Assembly (NCBI GenBank): GCA_046290225.1
Contig: JBKAGE010000078.1
Location: 320,001-384,000, forward strand
DNA from: Bradymonadia bacterium
Lineage (GTDB): Bacteria > Myxococcota_A > Bradymonadia > UBA7976 > UBA1532
DNA: 64,000 nt
Direction of reading: 5' to 3'
A program made the translations under genes and the position numbers. Position 1 is the stretch's first letter. Each line of letters opens with the position of its first letter. Of this stretch, positions 1-11,794 are shown piece after piece. Below the pieces are notes generated by a model, which had not been told where the DNA came from, did not search any database, and saw only the letters and a list, made by a program, of their open reading frames with translations.

Positions 1-621
1 CACGGCTGGGCGGGTCGGGGCAGTCAGCTCGGCGCCCTGGTGGAGCCGCTGGTGTCACAAGGCTTCACGGTGGTGGCCTTCGACGCCCCCGCCCATGGCC
101 GCGCCGACGGCCGAAACACCGCCCTGCCGGAGTTTGCTCAGGCCATCCGACACGTGGCGAGCATCGTGGGGCCTGTTCACGGGCTCGTGGCGCACTCCAT
201 GGGGGCCGCGGCGACCTCGGTGGCCATCGCTCAGGGGCTCGATGTTGAGCGGCTGGTGTACATCGCTCCGCCGGAGAACCCCGAGCGCTACCTACACTCG
301 GCAGCGCGCTGGCTGGGCTTCGACGAGCGTGTGGCAACCCTGGCGAAGCTGCGCCTGGAGAGCCGATATGGCCTGCGCTTCGATCAGGCTCGGGGGAGCA
401 ACCTCACGGGTCAGTTCACAGCGCCGCTGCTGGTGATTCACGATGCTGGTGACGAGGATGTGCCCCATACAGAGGGTGAGCGTCTGGTGGCGAGTTGGCC
501 CGGTGCCCGGCTGATGACGACGCAGGGTCTGGGGCACCGCCGTATATTACGGGATCCGAAGGTGCTGATGGCGGTGGTGGACGAGATGGTGGAGCCAGAG
601 GAGGCTCAGGTGGCCTCCTGA
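1..621 (+). CDS. Alpha/beta hydrolase, 5'-truncated by window edge
   Basis: Frame open from base 1 (HGWAGRG oxyanion-type motif), nucleophile AHSMG, HDxGDEDV acid, GLGH histidine. Confidence 0.9.
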   Translation, partial: HGWAGRGSQLGALVEPLVSQGFTVVAFDAPAHGRADGRNTALPEFAQAIRHVASIVGPVHGLVAHSMGAAATSVAIAQGLDVERLVYIAPPENPERYLHSAARWLGFDERVATLAKLRLESRYGLRFDQARGSNLTGQFTAPLLVIHDAGDEDVPHTEGERLVASWPGARLMTTQGLGHRRILRDPKVLMAVVDEMVEPEEAQVAS

Positions 622-2303
622 GGAGGCTGCCATGGGATGCGTTTGCCATTCTTGAAGATCCGCCTTGGAGGATATTGGATGGGGAGACCAAGGCGCACGA
701 GAGTCCAATAGTGCCTCACGGTGCTACAGATGAGAACCCGTCCCATAGATACATACACGCGTTCTACATATGGCGGCCACGTCTCACGTGGCCGAGTTTC
801 CAGGACAATGAGCGCAGTGGCTCTGATTCGATCATCTCCGCTCTTCAACCCCATGCGAACAAGCTGCCACCCCATCCCGGGGTGATCTCTCAAGGCTCTC
901 AGCACAACATTCAGTGGAGAGGCAGGACCAGTGATACCACCGGCCCCCTGCATCAAACGCAATTCTGCAACGCGCAGAGCTGCGCTTAACCTCTCTTCGG
1001 TGTCGGCACACCCGAAATATCGACCCCACCACCCCCCTGAAGCCTGCATGTGTTGATGTATATATGGCCAGGGATCAATCTGATAGAGACCCTTGCCAAG
1101 GTAGAATGCAGCCTCAAAGTCGCCTGTGGGGTTCTCAAGCTGCGCCCTGACCATCGCCTTCCAGCCAGGCCTTTCGAGCAAACATGAAATGCTGGCCTGT
1201 AGGCGCTCTCGTACAGCTTGGGACCAGCCAGCTTGGAACAACCTGCGTCTGGCCACGATTGACTCTCGAGACATGTGGTGGAGGGTTCCCTTGAGGCTGT
1301 GCATGATCCGCAGGGTCTCGAAAGAGGGTTCTGGCCGAACGCTCAAATGATAGAGGATACGCTCATACACGATGGGTCCATGTCGGTAGCTCATGAGCCC
1401 TTCTCCCCTCATGCCTGTCATGTTGAGCCCGACAATGATCTGGGCAGAAGCAGCGAACGCAGCATCTGATATCGACGGCTGTGCCAACACGTTGTGCACC
1501 GCTGCTCCCTCAGCACACGACCTGGGATATGAGTCATACGCCTCGTAGCTGCCCAACCCCTCGAACAAGATCCACCGTTGAATCTCCGGATTGGTTGTCC
1601 AGCGCATATGAGGGACAGCCAAGGGGCTGTGTTTGCCGTGCCTCTTTACCAGAGCCATGAGATGGCTATCAGGTCTCATTTTCTGGGGCCAACGGCCCAG
1701 AACTTTGTAGATCGCGTAAATTCCAGGGACCTCAATGGCCAGGTCGAAGATGGCGAGGTGACGTAGATCTGGGGTCACGCCCATCAAAATGATGGCCCAA
1801 TGGAGGACCACACGGTCGATGGCCTGCTCGGCGAGCCTGAGCGAGAGCCGGCTCAATCTCTCTTTGTGGACAGGTGAGAGCGACCTGAGAGATCGCCAAA
1901 TGGACTCGCACATGAACCATGGGTCTACCTTGCTCATGCACCAGTAGAGCTGTTCGACCTCTCTGACGTCTTTGAGGGCCCGCTTCAACTGCGCGAGCGC
2001 GGCCCCCAGGGCGGCGGGCTCTCGGAATTGTCGATGCCTGTCAAGGTGTCTGTATCGTCTTTCATCTGGCCATGCTCCGTGGCTACGCCCAGACCTTCGA
2101 CGTATGCGCACGCATTCCAACATCGGTACACATCGACCTTCGAACACCAAAGGCCATGACTCCAGATCCCACTCCGGTGAGACCTGCACACTCTCTGATT
2201 GTGACATGCATCGATCGAGCGCTTTGGGCTCGATAATTGGCTGGGAGCTCGTCAGACTCTTCATCTGACTTGAACTCGGGTGGGTGTGGTGAAACGTCAC
2301 CAC
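606..2303 (-). CDS. Hypothetical alpha-helical (HEAT/ARM-like) protein; start uncertain
   Basis: 565-aa ORF with more A/T-ending codons than neighbours; C-terminal HPGMGWQLVRMGLKS..RIRATALIVL..WP looks HEAT-like; 16-bp convergent overlap with the hydrolase. Confidence 0.6.
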   Translation of the reverse strand: MVTFHHTHPSSSQMKSLTSSQPIIEPKALDRCMSQSESVQVSPEWDLESWPLVFEGRCVPMLECVRIRRRSGRSHGAWPDERRYRHLDRHRQFREPAALGAALAQLKRALKDVREVEQLYWCMSKVDPWFMCESIWRSLRSLSPVHKERLSRLSLRLAEQAIDRVVLHWAIILMGVTPDLRHLAIFDLAIEVPGIYAIYKVLGRWPQKMRPDSHLMALVKRHGKHSPLAVPHMRWTTNPEIQRWILFEGLGSYEAYDSYPRSCAEGAAVHNVLAQPSISDAAFAASAQIIVGLNMTGMRGEGLMSYRHGPIVYERILYHLSVRPEPSFETLRIMHSLKGTLHHMSRESIVARRRLFQAGWSQAVRERLQASISCLLERPGWKAMVRAQLENPTGDFEAAFYLGKGLYQIDPWPYIHQHMQASGGWWGRYFGCADTEERLSAALRVAELRLMQGAGGITGPASPLNVVLRALRDHPGMGWQLVRMGLKSGDDRIRATALIVLETRPRETWPPYVERVYVSMGRVLICSTVRHYWTLVRLGLPIQYPPRRIFKNGKRIPWQPPQEAT

Positions 2304-2421
2304 GAATCAAACCTACCCGATTGACCAGCCTCGCGCCACCCGATGCCATGTCAATAAAACGTGAGCCCCAGCTTCGACTGCGGTAGACAGCACCTCCACT
2401 GACCCTCCCGAGGACGACCCC

Positions 2422-2979
2422 ATGACCACCGGCCGACTGCGCGTGTACATCGCTTGCTCCCTCGACGGCTTCATCGCCGGCACAGACAGCGATCTCTCCT
2501 GGCTCCCCGGCGCCGATGGTGGCACCGCAGATGCCGACTCTGGCGACGCCATCACCTACGGGCAGTTCATGGGCGATGTCGGCGCCATGCTCATGGGCCG
2601 GCAGACCTACGATGTCGTCTCCGGGTTTGGTGGCCCCTGGCCCTATGGCGACACCCCTGTGCTCGTGGCCACCCACCGAGCCCTCGAAGACGCCCCCGAC
2701 TCAGTACAGGCCGTGAGCGGTGATTTCTCCGACCTCGTGGCTCAGGCGCTCACCCGCGCTGGTGGCAAGGATGTGTACCTCGACGGCGGCGCCCTTGTGC
2801 GACAAGCCCTCGAGCTCGACCTCGTCGATCAGGCCATCGTCACCGTAGTGCCGGTCATCCTCGGTGAGGGCGTACCCCTGTTCGCGGGCCTTCGACAGCG
2901 CAAGGCCATGCAGTTCGACGCCGTGCATCGATATGGCGAGATGGTGCAGTGGGTACTCTCGCGGGCAACAACCGTGTAG
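2422..2979 (+). CDS. Dihydrofolate reductase/RibD C-terminal family protein
   Basis: YIACSLDGFIA, MGRQTYD, YLDGG, VPVILGEGVPLF motifs; GAGGA RBS. Confidence 0.92.
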   Translation: MTTGRLRVYIACSLDGFIAGTDSDLSWLPGADGGTADADSGDAITYGQFMGDVGAMLMGRQTYDVVSGFGGPWPYGDTPVLVATHRALEDAPDSVQAVSGDFSDLVAQALTRAGGKDVYLDGGALVRQALELDLVDQAIVTVVPVILGEGVPLFAGLRQRKAMQFDAVHRYGEMVQWVLSRATTV

Positions 2980-3068
2980 TATCGCGCGATTTTGATCTGG
3001 GCCCACAGAGTGGAACGCCCTTTTATATTTGAATCCCGCTCCTCGATGGAGCAGCCAGCCATCACCTG

Positions 3069-4751
<1,683 letters not shown>

Positions 4752-4964
4752 GTGCCCATCGTCCTCCCCTGCCTCTCCGAGCTTTTTTCCAAGTCTTCTG
4801 AGACAGATGACTCACCCGAGCGGTCTTGAAAACAGAAGGCTCGGGGGGAGCCCCCCACAACCCACCACACATGATGTCGAGCTTGCCTGGGATGCGGGTC
4901 CGAGGTGCGCTCTGGTGATCGCCAGATCATGCCGGTGGACCACACTGCGCTCAGGGGAGAGATC

Positions 4965-5252
4965 ATGCAGTTTGCTCAGTCGTCACCACAGCCGCTTCAC
5001 AGCTTCGAAGTCATGATGTCTTCGATGCGGGTGGCGCTCGAAGAGATCGGTCTACCCAGAGGCCTCGTGCGCGACCGACATCGATGGGCGTGGTTCGTCG
5101 CCACCGGGGTCGACGCTGAAGATGGCTGGTCCCTCGATGACCTCTATCCACTGGAGGTCCACGCCCTACGGCAATGCCTGCACATGCACTGCGCCGATCG
5201 GAACTGGCCTGTGGTGGAGCTGCTCAAGGAAAGGCTGCGAGCAGTCAGGTGA
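4965..5252 (+). CDS. Hypothetical protein
   Basis: ATG at 4965 preceded by GGGGAGAG; fills the gap; no motif recognised. Confidence 0.55.
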   Translation: MQFAQSSPQPLHSFEVMMSSMRVALEEIGLPRGLVRDRHRWAWFVATGVDAEDGWSLDDLYPLEVHALRQCLHMHCADRNWPVVELLKERLRAVR

Positions 5253-5332
5253 CCCCCAGGGCACTCAGGCGCTCGCCATTGCCTGGCCCTCGCCACTTGC
5301 GGTCTGCCTCTGCCCACGGTATCCGTCCACTC

Positions 5333-6004
5333 ATGAGCGGACTCATCTACATCCTGATCGGTGCCGGTGTCGCTGGAGGGGTTGTGGCCTTCCTGATGAC
5401 CCGCAAGCAGAAAGAACAACAGGCTCGGCGAGATGCACGCGACGCAGCGGTGCACAGCGCCGAAGCCACCAACGACATCACCCAGGTGGGCCCTGGGGGC
5501 GTGATCAAACTGCCCCCCTTCGGCGATCAGCTGGGCCCGGTGGAGACCCACGTGGTCACCCGCCATCGTATGGTGGACGACGACGACATGCCCTTCTATG
5601 CCCTGGAGTGTGAGCACGGCGCTCGCACCCTCACGGTGGAGTGGTCCCGAGAGGGCGGTGATCTCTACGTGGTGGCGGGCTACGAAGATGGTCAGCCCAA
5701 GCTACGTGATCTCGGCCTCGAGGAAGACGACCTCGTGCGCATGGACGATCGGGAGAAGGGCAAGTTCGAGTGGGACGGCACCACCTGGCACTATGAGTAC
5801 TCCGGTGAGGTGACCTACTACGCCGACGACGGGACTCAAGGCGAGGTCTATTACGCCTGGGAATTCGAGAGCGACGACGAGAAGCGCTACGTGAGCATCG
5901 AACGCTGGAAGCGCGATCGGGGCTACGGCGTCTACGTCACCCACGCCATCAAGCCGCAGCGCATCGAGGTCTTCGAGGCGGGCGAGATCAAAGGCCAGGC
6001 CTGA
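5333..6004 (+). CDS. Membrane-anchored DUF4178-like protein
   Basis: N-terminal TM helix (LIYILIGAGVAGGVVAFL) then acidic aromatic beta-rich domain (FEWDGTTWHY, YAWEFE, SIERW). Confidence 0.7.
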   Translation: MSGLIYILIGAGVAGGVVAFLMTRKQKEQQARRDARDAAVHSAEATNDITQVGPGGVIKLPPFGDQLGPVETHVVTRHRMVDDDDMPFYALECEHGARTLTVEWSREGGDLYVVAGYEDGQPKLRDLGLEEDDLVRMDDREKGKFEWDGTTWHYEYSGEVTYYADDGTQGEVYYAWEFESDDEKRYVSIERWKRDRGYGVYVTHAIKPQRIEVFEAGEIKGQA

Positions 6005-6007
6005 GCG

Positions 6008-6634
6008 ATGAAGCTGCCCCACAACAGAGAGCGGGTGGCAGCGTTGCGCACCCCCACCGTCGAGGATCCCTGGCGCATCCTGATGTCGGGCTGCCTCTTT
6101 GGCCTGCCCTGCGGGGTCTATGGCGATGACTATGGGCTCTCAGGTCATCAGCCCACCTGGCTCACAGATCAGCGTGTGTCTCTCATCCCCTTCTGCCCCG
6201 AAGCCTACGAGATGGGCGTACCCCGGGGCATGCCCGATTTGCACGGTGGCGATGGCGAAGCGGTCCTCGATGGCACAGCCCGCATGCTCGACGAGCACGG
6301 CAATGATCTCACTGACCAGATGATTGCAGGCGCCGAGGCCATGGTCGCAGTGGCCAAAGCCCATCAGGTCGACTTCGCGCTGCTCATCGATCGCAGCGGC
6401 GCCTGTGGCAGCCAGGTCATCTCCATCGGATGTCGCTTCGAAGAGCCGGTGGTCTACCAAAAGGGCTCTGGTGTCGCTGCGGCCCTTCTGCTGCGCAATG
6501 GCATCGACGTGGTCAGCCAGAGGGATTTCTACACGCTCGGTCTGCTCGGCGCCCGACTCGACCCGTCTTATGGCCCGGCGCCCGAGGCCAAGGACCACCA
6601 CGAACACCCTTGGGTTCTGGCCAACCTGCCCTGA
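6008..6634 (+). CDS. DUF523 / 2-thiouracil desulfurase family protein
   Basis: SGCLFGLPC..YG, PFCPE..MGVPR, SGACGS, GSGVAAALL motifs. Confidence 0.85.
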   Translation: MKLPHNRERVAALRTPTVEDPWRILMSGCLFGLPCGVYGDDYGLSGHQPTWLTDQRVSLIPFCPEAYEMGVPRGMPDLHGGDGEAVLDGTARMLDEHGNDLTDQMIAGAEAMVAVAKAHQVDFALLIDRSGACGSQVISIGCRFEEPVVYQKGSGVAAALLLRNGIDVVSQRDFYTLGLLGARLDPSYGPAPEAKDHHEHPWVLANLP

Positions 6635-6642
6635 AGCCTTCG

Positions 6643-6684
6643 CCAGAATCACTGCCCCAGAATCACAGCCCCAGAGTCACTGCC
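6643..6684. repeat. Three tandem 14-bp repeats at a convergent gene junction
   Basis: ccagaatcactgcc / ccagaatcacagcc / ccagagtcactgcc; third copy contains the stop codon of the minus-strand gene. Confidence 0.85.
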
Positions 6685-7519
6685 CCAAACTCATCGGCGG
6701 GCGCTTCCGACCAGAGCTGTGTGACCTGCCTGTAGCGTGACAGCTGTAACTGTCTTTCAGCGCGCACGCTCGCTGACGCCAGCGTTCCGCCTCCAGTGGG
6801 CTCTTCGGGGTGCCAAGCCCTAGATGATGGGCGAGGAAGACCTGACGACAGTAGGCAGCATCGCCTTGCTCACACTGTTGCTGACACCAGGCGAGATCGT
6901 CACCACAGGTCAGCTTGAGCAGCTGATCACACGCTGCCTCTGCATAGCAGTTGCGCACACAGGCCTGAGCTTGAACGTCGAGCAGTGGGGTGCCAGGCAC
7001 TGGCGTGAGCTCTTCGAGAGGCCAATGACACATCCTGTTGGAGAAGCGGCCGTGGTCGTGAGGCTTCACCCGCTCGGGCAGGTAGATCGTAAGGCTACAG
7101 CCCCGAGCCTGGCTGAGCACCTGACATCCATGCCTCAACAGCTCGAGCCCCGAACGTCGCTTCGACTCGGTGGGCTCAGAGGCGTAGATCCGGTCGACAG
7201 CGAGCTCCAGGCAATGTTGTGGGCTCCCCTGCGCGCACGCTGCCTCGCAGGGCCCCTCGTCCATGCAGCTGACGGAGGCCGCCCTGGCTTCTCTGAGCGC
7301 CTCAACCTTTGCCTTGTCGTATTGCCGCTCTGTGTACGCCCTGGCGTTCTCGCACGCCCAGGCCTCACCGTCTCGGCACACCTTGAGGCAATCCAGGATG
7401 GCCTCCGTCGAGGCGAAGGGCTTGTCGTCGTAGGCTTTGCAGGTGAACTCGGCGTCAGGACCCAGAATGCCGCACCCCGAGAAGCTCAGCGTCGCGGCGA
7501 CGAGGGCCCAGGTGCGCAT
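6677..7519 (-). CDS. Cys-rich Sel1-like repeat lipoprotein
   Basis: Lipobox FSGC; repeated AC.xG...C and GLGTPKS..A..W..RAC Sel1/Hcp-type motifs; start overlaps the stop of the upstream gene. Confidence 0.75.
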   Translation of the reverse strand: MRTWALVAATLSFSGCGILGPDAEFTCKAYDDKPFASTEAILDCLKVCRDGEAWACENARAYTERQYDKAKVEALREARAASVSCMDEGPCEAACAQGSPQHCLELAVDRIYASEPTESKRRSGLELLRHGCQVLSQARGCSLTIYLPERVKPHDHGRFSNRMCHWPLEELTPVPGTPLLDVQAQACVRNCYAEAACDQLLKLTCGDDLAWCQQQCEQGDAAYCRQVFLAHHLGLGTPKSPLEAERWRQRACALKDSYSCHATGRSHSSGRKRPPMSLGQ

Positions 7520-9669
7520 CAGCGCTTGGAGAGGTTGAGGCCGCCGGTGAAGGCGTAGCTCACGAAGTCATCGAAGGCCACCACCAGGATCCCGAAGTTC
7601 TGGTTGCCGGTGACCCGGTGGGGTCCGTCTTCGATGGCGAGATGCAGGAACACCCGCTCGCTGCCAGGGATCGCCTCGGCACCCGCGAGATCGACCGGGG
7701 CGCCATCGAGCTGAATCTGAGCATCGGCGTTGGCGATGATGGTGAGGAAGTCGTTCTCGTAGGTGTCGGGCACCAGGAACGCGTAGTCGTTGCGGTACTG
7801 ACGATCCGGGGGCACCAGGAAGATGGCCGGATCACCTGCAGCTGCGCCGAAGGCCTGGTTCACCCCCGTGCTCTCCTGGCCACTGATGATGCCCATGATC
7901 ATCAGCGGGTTGTTGGCGTTGAGGGCCACGGGAGACCGGGTACCGAACTCACACACCTGGTTCGCTGCCAGGGCAATGGCCCCTTCGGCGTTCACCATGT
8001 CGACGCAGTTGGGCACCTCGGAGAAGCCGGGGTTCCGAGGCGCGAGCTCGGCGAGGGGCACGCTGGGGAAGATGCGCGTGTTGTCTGCCCGGGCGGCGAT
8101 CTTCCAGTAGATCGCCTCTGTGGCGGTGTCGGGGTTCGGAGCCCGGATGACGGGGGGCACCAGCACGAAATTTTGGCCCCAGGTGCTCGTGGGGAACAGC
8201 TGCTCCTCGAGGTGATCGCAGGCGCCCTGAGCTTCGGGGTAGTTGGTGCACTCGTGGCTCGAGAACACCGCCACAGGCTCGGTGGAGGTGATGCGGGCGC
8301 CGCTGAGATCGACGCCGATGGCGGGGCCGAAGCCCATCTGCACCGGCAGACCGCTCAGGAGCGTGGCCACCTCGTTCTCCTGCAGCACAATGGAGGCCTG
8401 GTTGCCCTGGATGTTGATGCGGCCGGTGTTGTCGGGCAGCAGGCTGGCACCAGGGGGCAGCTGTACGGTGACCCCGGTGTTGTCCCGGGTGGCGCCGATC
8501 ACGATGGCGGCGGGGGTACCCTCGGCCAACGGGTTGAGCGGGCTCTGCCACGAGGGCACACCGAGGTAGACATAGTCCACCCCGAGGGCGCTGGTGGGGA
8601 ACAACAGGCTGGCATCGTTGGAGAAGCTGAAGTTGCAGCAGTACGGGTTGAACTGATAGGCCGCCACGGGCTGATCGGTCTGCACACGATAGCCCTGGCT
8701 GCGCACCCCGGAGTTCCGGTTCACGAGGCCATTGCGGGTGAGCAACAGCGTGGCGAGGCCCCCAGGGGGCACCTCGAGGTTGTCAGCCTGGTTGAGGCCC
8801 ATCTGCACCACCTGGCCGCCGGCGTCGCGGACCTCGGTCCGCACCGTGACAGGCTGGTACAGCCCCTGAATGTCGGGGATGTTCGGCGGGGACACCTGGG
8901 CCTGACTCACCAGAGGGGCCAGATTGCCATTGGCGCCGAAGACCGACACCCTCACGGGGTTCACAGTGTCCGGGTTGGTGATGACCACCCCCGTGGGTGA
9001 GTTCGGCGTGGTGCCGCCGGTTTGAGAGAACGCTGCGTTGGGCAGGTCGAGGGCGAGGTAGTCGCAGCCCAGGTAGCTGTTGCTGCCCTCTGCCTCGGCA
9101 CAGCCTCGGCTGCTGCACACGCCGCCTTCGGTGCACACCGTGCCGTCGGTGCAGGTGTCGAGGGGGGTCCAGCCCACACCGGGATCACACTCCGCGGGCT
9201 GATCGAGCCCGAGGCAGATACGCTCCCCCGGCTGGCAGTCGGCGGGATCTGGCACACACTCCCCGCTGATGCACACACGCTCGGCACTACAGGGCTCCAG
9301 CGTCCAGGTGCCGTTGGGCAGACAGACCTCTCTGACGTTGTCGCCCTCGCGGAGGCAACGGCGCTCACCTGGACGACAGTCCCCGGCGATCTCACCGCCA
9401 GCGCCGCCCATGCCACCAGGACCGCCGCCTCCTTGAGCGCCAGCGCCGCCAGCTCCGCCTTCAGCGCCGGCGCCACCCTGGCCACCAGCGCCGCCCACGG
9501 CAGCGTCGGGGTTGCCGATGGGCGGTGGACCACCACCCATGTCGAAGAGCGAACGATTTTCGCCCATGTCGGGGGTCTCCACCGTCCCTGCGGCTTCGTT
9601 CTCGTCTTTGCACCCGACCATCAGGCCAGGCAGTGCGAGCGCCACCCATACTGGCAGCCATCTCTTCAT
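7519..9669 (-). CDS. IgGFc-binding-protein N-terminal domain lipoprotein
   Basis: Lipobox MVGC, GAGG linker, Cys-rich repeats, SYLGCDY, PVAAYQFNP, SNDASLLFPTSALG, CDHLEEQL, VSYAFTGG. Confidence 0.88.
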   Translation of the reverse strand: MKRWLPVWVALALPGLMVGCKDENEAAGTVETPDMGENRSLFDMGGGPPPIGNPDAAVGGAGGQGGAGAEGGAGGAGAQGGGGPGGMGGAGGEIAGDCRPGERRCLREGDNVREVCLPNGTWTLEPCSAERVCISGECVPDPADCQPGERICLGLDQPAECDPGVGWTPLDTCTDGTVCTEGGVCSSRGCAEAEGSNSYLGCDYLALDLPNAAFSQTGGTTPNSPTGVVITNPDTVNPVRVSVFGANGNLAPLVSQAQVSPPNIPDIQGLYQPVTVRTEVRDAGGQVVQMGLNQADNLEVPPGGLATLLLTRNGLVNRNSGVRSQGYRVQTDQPVAAYQFNPYCCNFSFSNDASLLFPTSALGVDYVYLGVPSWQSPLNPLAEGTPAAIVIGATRDNTGVTVQLPPGASLLPDNTGRINIQGNQASIVLQENEVATLLSGLPVQMGFGPAIGVDLSGARITSTEPVAVFSSHECTNYPEAQGACDHLEEQLFPTSTWGQNFVLVPPVIRAPNPDTATEAIYWKIAARADNTRIFPSVPLAELAPRNPGFSEVPNCVDMVNAEGAIALAANQVCEFGTRSPVALNANNPLMIMGIISGQESTGVNQAFGAAAGDPAIFLVPPDRQYRNDYAFLVPDTYENDFLTIIANADAQIQLDGAPVDLAGAEAIPGSERVFLHLAIEDGPHRVTGNQNFGILVVAFDDFVSYAFTGGLNLSKR

Positions 9670-9879
9670 GGACCGTTCTCCGAGGTGATGTCAGCGCACC
9701 ACAGCAGGCCGTTTCGAGGCTCTGCGCTGCAGCGATTACAGTGCTGATACGCCAGAATTCGGGGGACTGTAGCAGGGGGGGTGTGAGTGGGGAAAGTGCA
9801 GCTGAATGCCCGGGGGGTTCGCGCAGCTGGGAGATCCTGACAGAACAGCGAAGACGCTGTGGCTTCAGGATCTCTTAAA

Positions 9880-10335
9880 TCACAGTTCGAACTCGTTCGG
9901 GGGGATGCCGAGGGTCTTGCACACGTCACGCACCACGGCCTTCTCGTCATCGTCGAAGTCGCCATCGGCGCCACCGATGATGATGCCCACCTGCACCACG
10001 GCACGGGCCTGGTCCGCCTTGCGCTTCAGCTTGCCGATGACCTGCAGGGCCTCGATCTTGCCGAAGTCGAAGTCGGTCTCGAGCTTGTTGCACCAGTGAT
10101 CGAACTTGGTCTTGAGCTCCATCACGTCGAAGACCGAGAGCACGTCGCTGGTGCTGATGAACTTCGCGGTCTTGCTGCGCTCCTCGGGATCGATGCTGCC
10201 GTCGGCGGCGGCGATCAGGGCACACATGGCCATGGAGCCCTCGGCGAAGTCGTTGCTCTTGAACTTGCCGATCTTGGTCTTGAGGCCGTCGCTCATGCCG
10301 CCGGCCTTGGCCTTCAGGTTGTCCCAGAAACCCAT
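9880..10335 (-). CDS. terB: TerB family tellurite-resistance protein
   Basis: CALIAAADGSIDPEE and IIGGADGDFDDDEK paired ADG motifs; AGGAGG RBS. Confidence 0.9.
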   Translation of the reverse strand: MGFWDNLKAKAGGMSDGLKTKIGKFKSNDFAEGSMAMCALIAAADGSIDPEERSKTAKFISTSDVLSVFDVMELKTKFDHWCNKLETDFDFGKIEALQVIGKLKRKADQARAVVQVGIIIGGADGDFDDDEKAVVRDVCKTLGIPPNEFEL

Positions 10336-10429
10336 CAGAATCCTCCTGAACCTCTAAAGCTCGCCCCCCCTCGATGGGAGGCTCGTCGGTACCGTAGTGC
10401 AAAGCCCCTCAGGGGGAAAGGTTCTCCCC

Positions 10430-11794
10430 TCATGGTGCGTCCGCCGCGGGCAGGATTACGCTGGCCACAGTCCCCCCCTCATCGTCGACCCGGTCCAAGC
10501 TCAACCGGCCCCCGTGGCGCTCTGCTACCTCGAGGGCGATGGCGAGGCCGAGGCCCTGCCCACGGCGACCCCGGTCTCCCGTGAGGGCCCCACGACTGCC
10601 CCGGTAACGCCGCTCTGCAAGCCTGGGGAGCTCCTCGACGTCGAAGCCAGGGCCATCGTCGAAGACCTGCAGCCAGATCTCGTCTCCCCGCCGAAAGCCC
10701 GCCACGGTCACCGCCTGCTCGCCGAACTTGATGCCGTTGTGCACGAGGTTGCCCAGGGCCTGGGCGAGGGCGACCGGATCAGCCCGCACCGGGAGCGGCC
10801 CCTCTGGGAGAGAGGACTCCACCACCATGTCTTTGTCTCCTGCGATCACCCCGAAACGCAGCGCCACCTGTTCGATCACATCGCCGGCATTGAGTGTGGT
10901 GGCGCGAATGTCGAGGCCCGTGGCTTCGAACTGCAACATCGAGGCGAGGTTCTGGAACATGGCGTCGAGATGCTCGACCTCTGCGCGGAGTGCGTTTCGG
11001 TGTGCCTCGCTGCCTGACTGGTGGCCCAGGCCCAACTTCAGCGTGGCCAGGGGCGTACGGACATCGTGGGCGAGATCTGCGAGCGTCTCGGTAAGGACCT
11101 GATCTCGACGCTGGAGCGTGGACAGTCGATCTCTCGCGGCGGCCGTGGCCTGGTTGAAGGCCTGCCCCAGGTCTCCCAGCTCGTCAGACCCTTCGGGCAG
11201 CAGGCCGGCGAAGTCGGCCTTCACGGTGTCCCGGGCGGCCCTGGCCATTCTCTTGATGCGGCGGGTGAGGGGCAGCCCGATGGCCAGGGAGAGGATGGCG
11301 ATGAGGATCGCATCCACGGCCAGCCGACTCACCAGGAGTCGGGTAAACTTCGGAAACTTCCACAGGTCTTCGTAGGCAGGGAGCACGGCGAAGCGGTGAC
11401 AAGCGCCAGAGCGACTGGTGACATAGATGGCACCGCGGACATGCTTGGGCAGGCCACGGGCCACGAGACCTCTCACCTCCGTCTGAGGCAGGCTGACCGG
11501 CTCAGTGAATGGTCCGCCCTGGTCATACAAATGACCATTGGGGTCGATGGGATAGGCTCTGATGCCTGCTGGCGCCCGCCAACGCGCCGGATCAGCATCA
11601 CAGGCGTCCAGACTCCCCAACTCCTCGAGAGTATCGAAGTAGAGGCGGGCCGCCTCCGCACGGCCCACCCAGAAGGCCTCCCAGCCCCAATAGAGCAAGG
11701 CCACCCCTTGCATCAGCACCGCGAAGAGCACCACGAGGCCGATCTTGGCCACCATGCTCCTGGGCATCTTGAGCTTCAGATCAGGCCTGACCAT
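10430..11794 (-). CDS. HAMP-containing sensor histidine kinase
   Basis: Two TM helices, DELGDLGQAFN HAMP, AHDVRTPL H-box, NLVHNGIKF, DDGPG, GQGLGL. Confidence 0.93.
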   Translation of the reverse strand: MVRPDLKLKMPRSMVAKIGLVVLFAVLMQGVALLYWGWEAFWVGRAEAARLYFDTLEELGSLDACDADPARWRAPAGIRAYPIDPNGHLYDQGGPFTEPVSLPQTEVRGLVARGLPKHVRGAIYVTSRSGACHRFAVLPAYEDLWKFPKFTRLLVSRLAVDAILIAILSLAIGLPLTRRIKRMARAARDTVKADFAGLLPEGSDELGDLGQAFNQATAAARDRLSTLQRRDQVLTETLADLAHDVRTPLATLKLGLGHQSGSEAHRNALRAEVEHLDAMFQNLASMLQFEATGLDIRATTLNAGDVIEQVALRFGVIAGDKDMVVESSLPEGPLPVRADPVALAQALGNLVHNGIKFGEQAVTVAGFRRGDEIWLQVFDDGPGFDVEELPRLAERRYRGSRGALTGDRGRRGQGLGLAIALEVAERHGGRLSLDRVDDEGGTVASVILPAADAP

